The notes: generated by a model not told the origin, from the letters alone. 64,000 bases of DNA from Octopus vulgaris (GCA_951406725.2 OX597833.1:66712001-66776000), one strand, 5' to 3'; counted from the first letter of the stretch, positions 1-13,916 are shown. Numbers and translations: made by a program.

Positions 1-806
1 CTTTTTTTGGATAAAGTTTAATTCGACGATATTCCCTATTTTCTCCCATTACTTCATCCTTCATCCTTTATCCTTTATCGGTCCATTATTTACTTCTCAT
101 CATCTTACTTTAAATTTCTTTATTCTCCATTATACTTGATTCCTTATTTTATTTTTGATCTCTTATTTAGCTACTTATATCACGTTCTTATCCAAGTTTT
201 TTTTCGGTTGCTTTTCCTACATCATTTTTGCTTTCTCTAAGGACCCTTTTGTTCTCTCCTCTCTGTTTGCTCCCCTTCTCTCTATCCCTTACACTTTCCT
301 TTGTTCCTTTGTTTCTTTCTCTCATTCTTCGTCTACTTGCGTTGCATAAGATGTGTTCCAAGCAGTAGATTTTATGAATCTACTCTCCTACCGCAATTCT
401 TTCAACATTATTTCCTCTCCACTTATAACAACTTTCTTATTTCTGTCTCTCTCTTACATAATTTCATATCCTTCAGGTTTTTCCTACTCTTATTTTATGT
501 TTTATAATTTGTTAAGATAGCATCTGAACGAGGGTTTTTTCACCCATCAACAGCGAACGTGTAAAATATATACAAGTCACTTGAATGTATACAGCTCCAT
601 ACATATCAATAGACATTTGTCATTTGGTAAGTTATGCACACACACACACACGCACATACACACACACACACACACACAGACATACACGCACACACACATA
701 TATATATATTGAACTTTTTTAAATAAAAGTTCCTACCGTTAATGGTTATAATCTACCCGTAAATAATTGTTGGTTTTTAAAAACTATTAAAACTATTATT
801 TACTCT

Positions 807-893
<87 letters not shown>

Positions 894-968
894 CACAGAT
901 ATACAAGGTTTTCATTGGTTACAAATCAATCAATACACACATACATACATATATATACATACATATAT

Positions 969-1062
<94 letters not shown>

Positions 1063-1075
1063 TCATATAACGTTT

Positions 1076-1297
1076 ATCTTTTACTTTTCCAATGATTTGA
1101 CTGTGGCCATATCGGAACAACTTCTAAAACAGGGTTTTAGTTGAACAAATCGATTCCAGGTCTTATATTTTAAAGCCCGATACTTATTCTATCGATCTCT
1201 TTTGTTGAACAGTTAAGTAACGGGGACGTATACACACCCACACCGGTTGTCAAGCGGTGGTGGGGACAAACGCACACAGATATACATACATATACAT

Positions 1298-1379
<82 letters not shown>

Positions 1380-1560
1380 ATATATATACTCATGTGTCCA
1401 TATATACGGTGAGCTTCTTTCAGTTTCCGTCTAACAAACCCACTCATAAGGTTTTGGTGAGTTCGAGGCTATAGTAGAAGACACCTGTCCAAGGATCCAC
1501 GCAGTGAGACCAAACCCGCAACCGTGTGGTTGAGAAGTGAGCTTCTTACCACACAGCTCC
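1076..1560 (-). mobile_element. SINE family A (tRNA-derived), diverged copy with internal (TA)n
   Basis: Reverse complement of the head (GCTGTGTGGTAAG...CTTGGACAGGTGTCTTCTACTATAGCC), body and ATGGCCACAGTCAAATCA tail seen in the other family A copies. Confidence 0.85.
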
Positions 1561-2009
1561 CATAAATTGTGTTCTGGCTTAGCAACCAATTGCTCTTGGA
1601 ACATCCAATGAAGAGGTCGCAAGAGAAACAGAGTAATTTAACGTAGACAATCAATAAATGATACAAGCTTGTATTCCTCATAACCACACACACACACACA
1701 CAAAAGCACACACACAGACTCTCTCACTCACACACACACGTACACACGCACACATGTTATGTTGACTATTCTTCCTAACAGCCTCATCTTTCATTCGTCA
1801 AATTTTTTTCTGATGATCACAGCCATGAAACCTGGAGTGACGAAGCTTCAGCTTCAATTAATATATTATTACAGTCTATTTGTTGGGTCGAATATTGTCC
1901 TTCTCCTTCCATTCTCCTGCTTACGCAGACATGTTCACATTCAGTTTTATATAGATACATACGCATAAATACATACGTATATATACACACGCATCAGTCT
2001 ATCTATCTA

Positions 2010-2098
<89 letters not shown>

Positions 2099-2207
2099 TG
2101 TATATATATATATATATTTACGTATATATAAATGTGTATATATATATATATTTACAAATAAATTAACATAGTCATACATACAAATGTACATACATACAAA
2201 CACACAC

Positions 2208-2259
<52 letters not shown>

Positions 2260-2905
2260 ACACACATTATATGTTTGTTGTTGTCTCTGTATCCAGGCGC
2301 ATTTACTTATTATATAACTGATAATAATGCAAAATTTGATGTTTAAAGAAAAACAAAATATATAAAATGAAAACAATAAGCAAAACACGAGAATACAAAA
2401 TACAAAGAAAAATAAACAATAGAAAAAGAAGCAGAATTAAAAAAAATATTTTTTTTATGACGATAACTTAATATAATAAGTAAAAATATTAACCAAAAAA
2501 AAAATACAAATACACCAAAAAAAAAATAATCAATATATCACATGTAATTTATTTTAGGTAATCTTCAGTCAAATTTCAGTTGGATATTTATACGAAATGA
2601 GAGGAGAAGCAAATAAAAATATACAAAATCAACTGATGATAAAATATTCTGATAAAAAAAAAAAAAAAAAAGAGTTAATATAATAAAGAGCAAGATCTGT
2701 ATTATATATCTGAAATTTATATCAAAATTTCATGACATTTAAACATTAAAGTCGATATCGGACAATCGAATGCTAACAGCTTTTTGTTCCCTGTACAAAG
2801 CATTTTCGCATATATTCATTTGTGTAGAATGTCCTAATGAAACAGTTGGTATTGTACATACGAATGTGCGTGTATATATATACATATGTATATATATATA
2901 TATAC

Positions 2906-3104
<199 letters not shown>

Positions 3105-3149
3105 ATATATATGTATATATGTATGTATCTATCGATCTATATATGTTTG

Positions 3150-3189
<40 letters not shown>

Positions 3190-3288
3190 AAGAGGTAAAT
3201 ATGTATGTACACGTACATATGCATACAAATATATATACAAGTACATACAAGCATTTGTGTCGGTATATGAGTAAACACGTATATATAC

Positions 3289-3346
<58 letters not shown>

Positions 3347-3410
3347 TTATATAAATATACATATATATATATATATATATACGTATATATATGTATGTAT
3401 ATATATATAT

Positions 3411-3460
<50 letters not shown>

Positions 3461-4292
3461 TATTTATACATACACACACATAGGCGCAATGTATGCATAC
3501 ATTTATATACTTATATGTGCATATGAATGCGTACGCATCTAGTTATACATGTAGCTATACACATACTATATATGTATACATAAGTACTTGTATATAAACA
3601 TAGAGAAATATATAAACTTAAATAGAGTAAGTAGAGGTATATGAGTGGGTGTCGTATGTAAAACAAGAACAGTAAAACAAATAAAAAACAACAAAATAGT
3701 TTAACCAACAAAAGTAAACAAAAGACAGCACCGTATTTATTTATATTACATTTCTGCTGACATATATGCAGAATTATGTATAGACATACACACATACACA
3801 CACATGCACATAAACATACCATGCATATACATATACATGTATTCACACGCACATGTACATATATACATATATAAACACAAAAACCCACACTCCTGTCAAC
3901 CATGTATTGCTGAAAAGCTTCACATAGCTAATAACATATAAAACCCAACATGAAAATGTTATAGAAAACCATAACTTTAAGTTGATCCCTAAGGTACTCA
4001 ACTTGCTGTCAGCGCTTTATTATTAAGTGTTCTTCCTTTTTGTCTCTTCGTCGTTATATTCCACTATATTATAGCTTTAGTGTAAATTGTAATGAATGGG
4101 AAAGTACACATGGAAATGAGTTAATGGTATTGTCTTGCGCACGAAATATTGCTGAGCGTGAAAAGTGAAAAGCTTTTCAAACTGTTTCAGTATGCTCTTG
4201 CTGGGAAATTCGTAAACAACCATTTTGTAATCTCTCTCTCTCTCTCTATATATATATACGTAAATGTACCAGTTTGGAAAAGCAATGAGTAG

Positions 4293-4334
<42 letters not shown>

Positions 4335-4729
4335 TTATATATATATATATTTAAATCTACATATAAGTATATAAGTACATATATATAAATATGTATTTAT
4401 TTATATGTATACGTGCTTACATATATGTATACATACTTATATATGAGGGAATTTAATAGTATAGAAACGATTGCTAGCATAATCAATCAGAGTAGGTAAT
4501 GATATATAGTAGCGACAAAGCTATGCTTTTGTGCAATATGTGTTTACAAGCTTACGAGAGATTCCTGGTTGTGTCTTTATCACTATACGCCGCTAACTCT
4601 GGTTTGTCTGCTATTGCCTTGGAGATGACTGAAGCATGGAGTTAAAAACAGATAGCTGGAATGTATGAGGTAGCTCATGGGCGGCCCATTTGCATGTAAG
4701 CATGATTGCTTGTAACCACATATATCTGT

Positions 4730-4761
<32 letters not shown>

Positions 4762-4802
4762 TATATATATGTATATGTATATAAATATGTATATACATAT
4801 AT

Positions 4803-4875
<73 letters not shown>

Positions 4876-4884
<9 letters not shown>

Positions 4885-4937
4885 TTAGAGACAAAACCAC
4901 TATTAGGCAATAGTGGTTTTGTCTCTAATTTAATATA
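4876..4937. repeat. Perfect ~29-bp inverted repeat (hairpin, 4-nt loop)
   Basis: TATATTAAATTAGAGACAAAACCACTATT-aggc-AATAGTGGTTTTGTCTCTAATTTAATATA. Confidence 0.9.
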
Positions 4938-5015
4938 ATATAATATTTGACTATAAAATTGGATTCAATCCTAAATCTGATTTTTCCCTGTAAGTTTGGA
5001 TTTATTCCCTAATAT

Positions 5016-5101
<86 letters not shown>

Positions 5102-5102
<1 letters not shown>

Positions 5103-5488
5103 CAGGAGTGGCTGTGTGGTAAGTAGCTTGCTAACCAACCACATGATTCCGAGCTCAGTTCCACTGCGAGGCATCTTGGGCAAGTGTCTTCTGCTATAGC
5201 CCCGGGCCGACCAATGCCTTGTGAGTGGATTTGGTAGACGGAAACTGAAAGAAGCCTGCCGCATATATGTATATATATGCATGTGTGTGTTTGTGTGTCT
5301 GTGTTTGTCCCCCTAGCATTGCTTGACAACCGATGCTGGTGTGTTTACGTCCCCGTTACTTAGCAGTTCGGCAAAAGGGACCGATAGAATAAGTCCCGGG
5401 GTCGATTTGCTCGACTAAAAGCGGTGCTCCAGCATGGCCGCAGTCAAATGACTGAAACAAGGAAAAGAGAGTAAAAGAGTAAAAGAGT
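5102..5488 (+). mobile_element. SINE family A, near full length
   Basis: A-box-like TGGCTGTGTGG, B-box-like region, CTTGGGCAAGTG central motif, internal TA/TG tract, tail GCGGTGCTCCAGCATGGCCGCAGTCAAATGACTGAAAC followed by (GTAAAAGA)n. Confidence 0.9.
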
Positions 5489-5559
5489 ATATATACTCTT
5501 ATATATGTATATAAATATGTATATACATATATAAATAATAAATTTTATATATATATATA

Positions 5560-5830
5560 TACATATGCATATATGGGTAAAGGACCTCACCAATATTACA
5601 AATAACATGAAATACGTAAACAATCAGAAAAAATGGAAAACAGGACAAGTTAACACAGAGAAGGGACCATTCGTGAGTTGTCGGCTGTCTATCTTCTCAT
5701 TTCGAGCATTCCACGACATTATGAGTCTTCGAAGACAATTGTTCCCATAAATTCTAAAATAAAATATAGGGTTTATGGAGGGTCAAAGCTGGGAACAAAA
5801 AAATGACTGTGGACTAATAAGGAAACTGGA
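5560..5830. repeat. Unclassified dispersed repeat, related to 17840-18200 and (inverted) 27280-27520
   Basis: Shared motifs AAATACGTAAACA, G(T/C)CG(G/A)CTGT...ATTTCGAGC...ACGACA and ATGCATATATGGGTA; possibly a Penelope-like terminus. Confidence 0.4.
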
Positions 5831-6184
5831 CGAAAAGAATTATATATGGCCCTCACCTGCCTACTATTATTCGGGTGTTGCTTTTGTTATTTAGATGACA
5901 TATTGTTTTAGAAGAATTGTTTAGAATTCTACTAAAATGTAATACTTAGTAGAAGTGTTTGGAACTTAAGTCATTGCTTATAGCAACAGGTTCTTCATAA
6001 CTTAGCGAGAATCTCTCTCTTTGGGTGTGCTTTGTTTTCAAATTCCAATTTTTTTCTAGTGGTTTCCGTCGGTTATCTTCAAACATGAATCTCTAATGTT
6101 ATTGATTTTATTCAAGTTGGAGAGATCTTGTTAAGATTTCTAATTTTTTTCTCTGTTTGTCTTCAACGTTGATAGCTGCTAGAT

Positions 6185-6330
6185 TTTGATATTCCTGAAT
6201 GAGTAGACGTGAGGGAGAGCTAAGTTTCCTTTCTAACTTGTGTGGTTATTTCAAAATTATTTCGTTTAATACGGTGGTATTGATTTTCGTGTCTGTTTTC
6301 ATTAAACCTGAGATGGCAGCGTTTGCCTTT
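6185..6330 (+). repeat. ~140-bp segment duplicated at 7305-7452
   Basis: TTCCT(G/A)AATGAGTAGAC...CTAAGTTTCCTTTCTA...ATTGATTTTCGTGTCTGTTTTCATTAA...CGTTTGCCTTTTT at both sites. Confidence 0.75.
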
Positions 6331-6520
6331 TTAATATTTTGCTACCTCGTCATTAAGTTTTATCCTCGGGAGCCACTTTCGTTTATCCACGGGAAGATTT
6401 ATCAATTTAAAAATTTTTTTAACTGTTCTCACATTTAAATCATTGCCAAGTTCATCTTAAGAATTTTCTTCTGAAACCTTACGTTTTTTAAATTTTTAGT
6501 TTTGTTTCTATAGGTGTCCT

Positions 6521-6897
6521 GTGGAGGCGGAATGGCCCAGTGGTTAGGGCAGCGGACTCGCGGTTATAGGATCGCGGTTTCATTTCCCAGACCGGGCGTT
6601 GTGAGTGTTTATTGAGCGAAAACACCTAAAAGTCGTAACCGACGGAGTGCTCCAGCAGGGGATGGTGGCGATCCCTGCTGTACTCTTTCACCACAACTTT
6701 CTCTCACTCTTACTCCCTGTCTCTGTTGTACCTGTATTTCAAAAGGGCCGGCCTTGTTGTCACTCTCTGTGTCACGCTGAATATCCCCGAGAACTACGTT
6801 AAGGGTGCACGTGTCTGTGGAGTATTCAGTCACTTACACGTTAATTTCACGAGTAGGCTGTTCCGTTGATTCGTCGTAACCGACGGAGTGCTTCCAC
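6521..6897 (+). mobile_element. SINE family B (tRNA-derived), tail variant ii, with 11-bp target-site duplication (TSD)
   Basis: Head GGAGGCGGAATGGCCCAGTGGTTAGGGCAGCGGACTCGCGG...; TSD ATAGGTGTCCT at 6510-6520 and 6898-6908. Confidence 0.92.
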
Positions 6898-8459
6898 ATA
6901 GGTGTCCTAATGAATTGCTTTTAATTTTTTCAATTCTATATATGTTGTAGGTGTTCGGTGTGGTTCTCGTTCGCAGTGCTTTATTTCTTCCTGCTGTTGG
7001 TTATCTACTCTTTTTGAAGAGCCCTTAATGTGCTTCTGATGCCACCTGTTACGAAATTGTACCGTTTTCAATAGCGTTGCGTTTACATCACTCTTATTTT
7101 CAATTCCTTCAAAAGAAATACAATAATTTTGTTTTTGAGGTGCGATGCAGCTGCAAACTATGCATAATTTATAGAAACACGTGTCTCTCTTGCCTATTTA
7201 TACACTTTCTGGATTATTAGAGAAATGTGAAAAGTAAAGTGCCGCCTTTTATCTACATTACCATTTTCATTGAGCAACGGTTTATTTCTGGCCGGCATGA
7301 ATTTCGATATTCCTAAATGAGTAGACATGGGGGAGCACTAAGTTTCCTTTCTATCTTCTGTGGCTTTTGCATTTTATCATTATTTCTTTGTATATGGTGA
7401 TATTGATTTTCGTGTCTGTTTTCATTAAGCTTGAGATGTAAACGTTTGCCTTTTTTTTAGATGTTATATATTCTATGTATTTTCTCACATCTAGTTATTG
7501 GACATTTTACGCAGCGTATTCGTTGTATACATTTCCCTTTTAACCTTGCGTTGAATAGCATGTTTATTATTCATACTGTGTGAAGCTTTTTCAGAGTAGG
7601 GACTGAAACCATTTGTGTTCCTTTAGTGTCTTTATAAGTTGTGACAAATCCTTGATCAGTACAAGCATTTGATACATTCATTAGTTATATCAATATTAAC
7701 CTGGTCTTATACACTGCTTTCACAATTACGGTGCTATGTCTTTCGGTTCGACGCCATTTCGCCAAACGTCTTTTCGTCCACGTCTTTTGATCCGATGTCT
7801 TTTGGCTGATGATTTTTTTGTCCAACGATTTTTGTCCAATTATAAGTAAACTCTTTAGAAAAAAAGGTGAAATAACTCTGATAATATATTCACAGAACTA
7901 TAACGGATTCTTATTATCGTTCTTTTTCCTTCTCTGTTAACAGTTTTATTTTCTCTTTTTTTTCCGCCTCTCTCTCTTTAGTGTGGTGCTGTGTATAGAA
8001 AGTGCTGCTAATTGAGTGTACACCTTTTTAATTTGCCCATCCCGAAATGACAAAGTTCATAGAATCGACCAAAAAACTAAAGAAGAGTATTTGATGAAAG
8101 TTATTACATCTACGATTTTCATTGAAGCAATACAAAACTAGGAAACGAATCCTGGAGATGTGAGAAAAGAGAGCTGTGTTCAGTGCGAATTCACACAACA
8201 CTCATATTTTATCTATTCTCTTTCGTATCATATTAATTATGTTTCCTCTTCATCGTTTATGTGAATGATTCTAGTCTAATTCTCTAATTCCAGTGCAGGT
8301 ATCTCATTGTTTTCCTTTCAATTTTACTTCCCTCGCCTCTTGTTAATATTGTTAGCATATTTGTTTAATATTTGTGTTATGTGTGTTGGTTGAATTTCTG
8401 TAAAGTTTTATTAAATTTATCAACTGGGCATTGCCTATAGTTGATATTTTCAGTTAATA

Positions 8460-8607
8460 ATACTAGTAGTCATAGTAGTAGTAATAGTGTAGTAATAGTA
8501 ATAGTAGTAGTAGAAGTAGTAGTAGTAGTAGTAGTAGTAACAGCAGTTGTAGTAGCAGCAGAAGCAGTAGTAGTAGAAGTAGTAGTAGTAGTAACAGCAG
8601 TTGTAGT

Positions 8608-8662
<55 letters not shown>

Positions 8663-8686
8663 ATAATAATATCAGTAGTAGTAATT
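8460..8686. repeat. (TAG)n/(CAG)n triplet microsatellite
   Basis: Direct inspection. Confidence 0.95.
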
Positions 8687-8689
8687 TAA

Positions 8690-9362
8690 GCACAAAGGCT
8701 ATATTTTTGAAGTGAGGGCTTAGACATTTACAACAGTCCCAGTACTTCATTGGTACATTACATTATCGATCCCCGAACGAGGAAAAGCAAAGACAACCTC
8801 GGCAGGATTTGAACACGCTACTATATATATGGCTTGGCCAAGACAATAATCCTGACCAATCAATTTATTTCTCTTCCCCGACAGAAACGAAAACTAAACT
8901 AAACTAAAATAAAATAAAATATATCTAATTTAGATTTAAGGCCCGTATTTTTTAGGGGAGGGGTTAATTGATACCACCAACTCCAGTGCGTGACTGGTAT
9001 TTTATTTTATCGAACTTAAGAGATAATGAAAGAAAAATGATTCGACGGGATTTGAACTCAGAACATAAGACGCCAGAAGAAATACCGCAAGGTATTTTCC
9101 TTGATGCCCTAACGATTCTGCCCATGTACCGTAATTTTGAGACAAGGCTAGAAATTTTTAGGAGAGGGGCGAGTTGATTATGTCGACCCCATGATCAATA
9201 GGTACTCTGTTTTATCAACCCCAGTTTTCAGCTGGTACTTTTTTTTTAATCGATTCCCAGAAAGGATGAAAGCGAGATCGATCGCGGCGGTATCTGAAGT
9301 GAGAATGCAAAAAAAGCCAGAAGAAACCATTTTGTCTGAGGCGCTAACGGTTCCACCTGCTC
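8690..9362 (-). mobile_element. Cluster of old, degraded SINE family C copies
   Basis: Recurrent ATCGA(C/T)CCC...GGATGAAAG...GGATTTGAAC motifs, the reverse complement of the family C central domain. Confidence 0.65.
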
Positions 9363-9439
9363 GAAATGAAGACGGTAAAGAAAAATGGTAAAACGAAGGC
9401 AAAGAAGAATAATTGGAGAAGTGTGTAGGAAGAACGGAA

Positions 9440-9510
9440 AGAAGAAGAAGAAGAAGAAGAAGAAGAAGAAGAAGAAGAAGAAGAAGAAGAAGAAGAAGAA
9501 GAAGAAGAAG
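9440..9510. repeat. (GAA)n microsatellite
   Basis: Direct inspection. Confidence 0.95.
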
Positions 9511-10210
9511 AGCAGGTGGTGAGAAGGAAAAGGAAGAACGGCTAAAACTAATAATAATTGTAAGTAGAAGTATTAGACGCGTGGGGAATAAGCCAAAAGA
9601 AAAAAAAGTGGACAGGCAAGCCAGAACTGCGATTTATCATTGCGATGACTAATGACTTCCATAGACACGAGCTGTTTAAGAATCAATACATAATCATTAT
9701 AGAGCGAAAAGTCAAGTGAACTGTAAGTGACAAGTTTACATATGAGGATCAGTAACTACTTCGATGTGGATGGATGCACGTAATAGACATAATTGTAAGT
9801 AACCTGTTTTCTGGGCTGATAAATTGTATGTGATGCCTTGGAAAGTTAATGCTCTGAGTTGACTTGATTTATGAATTAAAACGGAGTAAAATAAATTAGA
9901 GAATTCTAGAACAAAAGCGAAAATGGAACGAGCAATGAACGAGCGTAGGCAGGAGCCAGTAAAATAAATTAAAAAACAAAACAAAATCCATGTTTTTAAT
10001 CACACGAGCGGGTTCCTAATTTGCTCGTTACTGCGCTGTACCTTGGTCGAGAGATGGTATTGCCATTGTAGTAGCAGAGGGAGTCTCTAGTCGTCCTTAG
10101 GAAAGGTTTGTGAATGAAGCTTCATTGATGAAACGCTGTGCAGGAGAATATTATTATCTCTCTGCCACTCCCTCTCTCAATCCTTCCCACCCTACGTCTC
10201 TTTCTCTCTC

Positions 10211-10295
<85 letters not shown>

Positions 10296-11008
10296 TCAAA
10301 TGCATATATATATATATATATAAATATTTACATATACATACATATATACATACACACACATACACTCACACACACACACACATACACACACACACACACA
10401 CGCACACACACACATATATATGACACTAGCCATTTAATTCTCATTGTGAATATATACGTGTACATATATACAAATATATATACACACACACATATATGCA
10501 TATATATATATTCATACATATATATACGCACATATATATTATATATATATATATGTACTCACACAATCACACAAGCACACAAACACACAAACACACACAC
10601 ACGCACACACATGTATAGCTGCAACTCATGTTCACATGCCTGTTTCCTTATGCATAAGAAACTGCACTTATGCAGGTTTCCATTCTCCATAGAAACCTCC
10701 ACTTTCTATTCCACAGATATTCTCTCTCGACTTGCAACGCCAGTTTACGCATAAAATTACCCCACTACGCCTCCATCACAAACATCATTTGATTCCTGGG
10801 CAATTGTCAACTTCCTCTATTTAATAGTTGGTTTTTCCCCCCGACTTCCTTTTTCGCTGGTGAATGTCGTCTTCTGGTCAAATAAATTTTCCCCTATCAA
10901 ACGAATTTCGGTAAGACTGGAATTGTTATACTCACCGACCGCTAGTCTGCGTTCAGATAAAACGATTTGCTATATGTGACCCTACCTAATTTACCAATGT
11001 TGTTTAGG

Positions 11009-11548
11009 TTCTTCTTCTTCTTCTTCTTCTTCTTCTTCTTCTTCTTCTTCTTCTTCTTCTTCTTCTTCTTCTTCTTCTTCTTCTTCTTCTTCTTCTTCCT
11101 ATCCTTCTTCTTTTTCTTCTTCTTCTTCTTCTTCTTCTTCTTCTTCTTCTTCCTATCCTTCTTCTTTTTCTTCTTCTTCTTCTTCTTCTTCTTCTTCTTC
11201 TTCACCTATCCTTCTTCATCTTCTTCTCCTTCTTCTTCCTATTCTTCTTGTTCTTGTTCTTGCTCTTGTTGTTGTTGTTGTTGTTGTTCTTCTTCTTCTT
11301 CTTCTTCTTCTTCTTCTTCTTCTTTTTCTTCTTCTTCTTCTTCTTCTTCTTCTTCTTTTTCTTCTTCTTCTTCTTCTTCTTCTTCTTCTTCTTCTTCTCC
11401 TTCTTCTTCTTCTTCCTATTCTTCTTCTTGTTGTTCTTGTTCTTTTTCTTGTTGTTCTTGTTGTTCTTGTTGTTGTTGTTGTTCTTCTTCTTCTACTTCT
11501 CCTTCTTCTTCTTCTTCTTCTTCTTCTTCTTCTTCTTCTTCTTGTTGT
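11009..11548. repeat. Long compound (TTC)n/(TTG)n microsatellite
   Basis: Direct inspection; source of the poly-K/F/S ORFs. Confidence 0.95.
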
Positions 11549-11933
11549 AAATAAGCAACAAGGATATCAAGAGGTAATGCAGTACGATCGTTTCAAGCAA
11601 TTCTTTTAATTGAACAATGCAATTATTACATAAATGCAGAGCAATCCTCAGCTGCATTAAGACATAGAATTCAATTAAATTAAAACAGATGGACACATTA
11701 GTATAATTTTACCTAAAATCTCCATGAAGGTAGAGAGATAAACAGAGAACATGCTGTTTTCACTTCAGCTCAGAAGAAAGAAGCTACTAAGGCATCGGGA
11801 GGAAAGACTTGCTACAGATTTTTGCTTGTTACTGTTTTATGGGGTCAGTGCTAATTTATAGACTAGTTTTATCAAATCTTTGTATATCTAAGGCCATAAG
11901 CGCAAGGAACAATGCCTGTTAGGAACTGGGCTT

Positions 11934-12095
11934 AGCTGTGTGGTAAGTAGCTTGTTTACCAACCACATGGTTCCGGGTTCAATCCCACTGCGTGGCACCT
12001 TGGGCAAGTGTCTTCTACTATAGCCTCCGGCCGACCAATGCCTTGTGAGTGGATTTGGTAGACGGAAACTGAAAAGAAGCCCGTCGTATATATGC

Positions 12096-12131
<36 letters not shown>

Positions 12132-12350
12132 TTGTGTGTCTGTGTTTGCCCCCTTAGCATTGCTTGACAACCGATGCTGGTGTGTTTATGTTCCCGTTAC
12201 TTAGCGGTTCGGCAAAAGAGACCGATAGAATAAGTACTGGGCTTACAAAAGAATAAGTCCCTGGGTCGAGTTGCTCGATTAAAGGCGGTGCTCCAGCATG
12301 GCCGCAGTCAAAATGACTGAAACAAGTAAAAGAGTAAAGAGTAAAGAGTA
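11934..12350 (+). mobile_element. SINE family A
   Basis: GCTGTGTGGTAAG head, B-box GGTTCAATCCC, full body and (GTAAAGA)n tail. Confidence 0.9.
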
Positions 12351-12482
12351 TATAATGTATGTATATTTTCCGGTTCATTACAATTTTGTGGAGATCGGTG
12401 CCTTTCATCTCTCCAAGATGGCTAAAATAAATATTATTTATATTATATATCAGAAAATATCTTATAAACAAAAGTTATTTAG

Positions 12483-12900
12483 TACTCTTTACTCTTTTAC
12501 TTGTTTCAGTCATTTGACTGCGGCCATGCTGGAGCACCGCCTTTAGTCGAGCAAATCGACCCCCCAGGACTTATTCTTTTGTAAGCCCAGTACTTATTCT
12601 ATTGGTCTCTTTTGCCGAACCGCTATGTGATGGGGACGTAAACACACCAGCATCGGTTGTCAAGCGATGTTGGGGGGGGGGGACAAACACAGACACACAA
12701 ACATATACACACACACTTATATATATATACATATATACGACAGGCTTCTTTCAGTTTCCGTCTACCAAATCCACTCACAAGGCTTTGGTTGGCCCGGGGC
12801 TATAGTAGAAGACACTTGCCCAAGATGCCACGCAGTGGGACTGAACCCGGAACCATGTGGTTGGTTAGCAAGCTACTTACCACACAGCCATTCCTGCACC
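12483..12900 (-). mobile_element. SINE family A, inverted relative to 11934-12350
   Basis: Full-length reverse complement of family A. Confidence 0.9.
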
Positions 12901-12929
12901 TATACGTGTAACATATTTCTCGTGTAAGA

Positions 12930-13283
12930 TATTTCTCGGAAAGTACGGTGGTTCGAGAATTACAAATTTTTCATTGTTAAATATGGAGATTATTACGAGA
13001 GATGTGTTGTAGCTACCAGTGTTTTCTCTCTCTCTCCCTCCCTCCCTCCCTCCACTCTCTCTCTCCCTCTGCATTGAAATACATTTTGGTGACATTGTGT
13101 TTTGTTTTGCACGTTGATATAAAGTTATTTCTCATCTATATCTTGCATATTAATATCCCAAATAACTTGTTTTTATGTACCTCTTTCGAAAATGAATTTT
13201 AGCACTGACAACTTTAGAAACGTTTCTTATATTACTGCATTCAAAATATGATTAATGATTTTAACTAATATATATTCATATAC

Positions 13284-13285
<2 letters not shown>
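12930..13285 (+). repeat. ~350-bp segment duplicated at 22783-23115
   Basis: Near-identical core CTTGTTTTTATGTACCTCTTTCGAAAATGAATTTTA(G/A)CACTGACAACTTTAGAAACGTTTCTTATATTACTGCATTCAAAATATGATTAATGATTTTAAC. Confidence 0.85.
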
Positions 13286-13315
<30 letters not shown>

Positions 13316-13424
13316 ATATATATATATACGTGTGTGTGTGTGCATACATATCTAACAGGCAACATGCGAATGTTGGTATATATACATATATATATTAATG
13401 TATGTGCGTGCGGATGTACATGAA

Positions 13425-13468
<44 letters not shown>

Positions 13469-13874
13469 AATATAAATTGTAATAATGGTATCAACTTACA
13501 TACATACACGCATACATGCACATATATATTTAAATAAGATACGGGTATTCATATACACATATGTGGTAGGTTGCGTGTTTGCATGTTGCACTATAAAAAC
13601 TCCACATCCAATCCCAGAATTTTGAATCCAAAAAATTTAAATAATTTAATGTAAGAATCCCTATATATGAATATCGACATGTATGAAGAAGAAGAATGAA
13701 GGGTTTTATTAGCCGCCATCTTGATGCAAATAAGTCAAACAATTCTCCCCTTTTAATATTCAAGAAATCGACCGGTACTTACCATAATATACATACAGGC
13801 AAACACACACACATGCACATAAAATACACACATACACGAGTACATATGTACATACGTACACACATGTAAATATT

Positions 13875-13916
<42 letters not shown>

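Noticed and set aside
7730-7840. Degenerate ~15-bp repeats (CGTCTTTTCGTCCA-like), possibly transposon subterminal repeats
   Set aside because: No matching opposite end or TIR identified.
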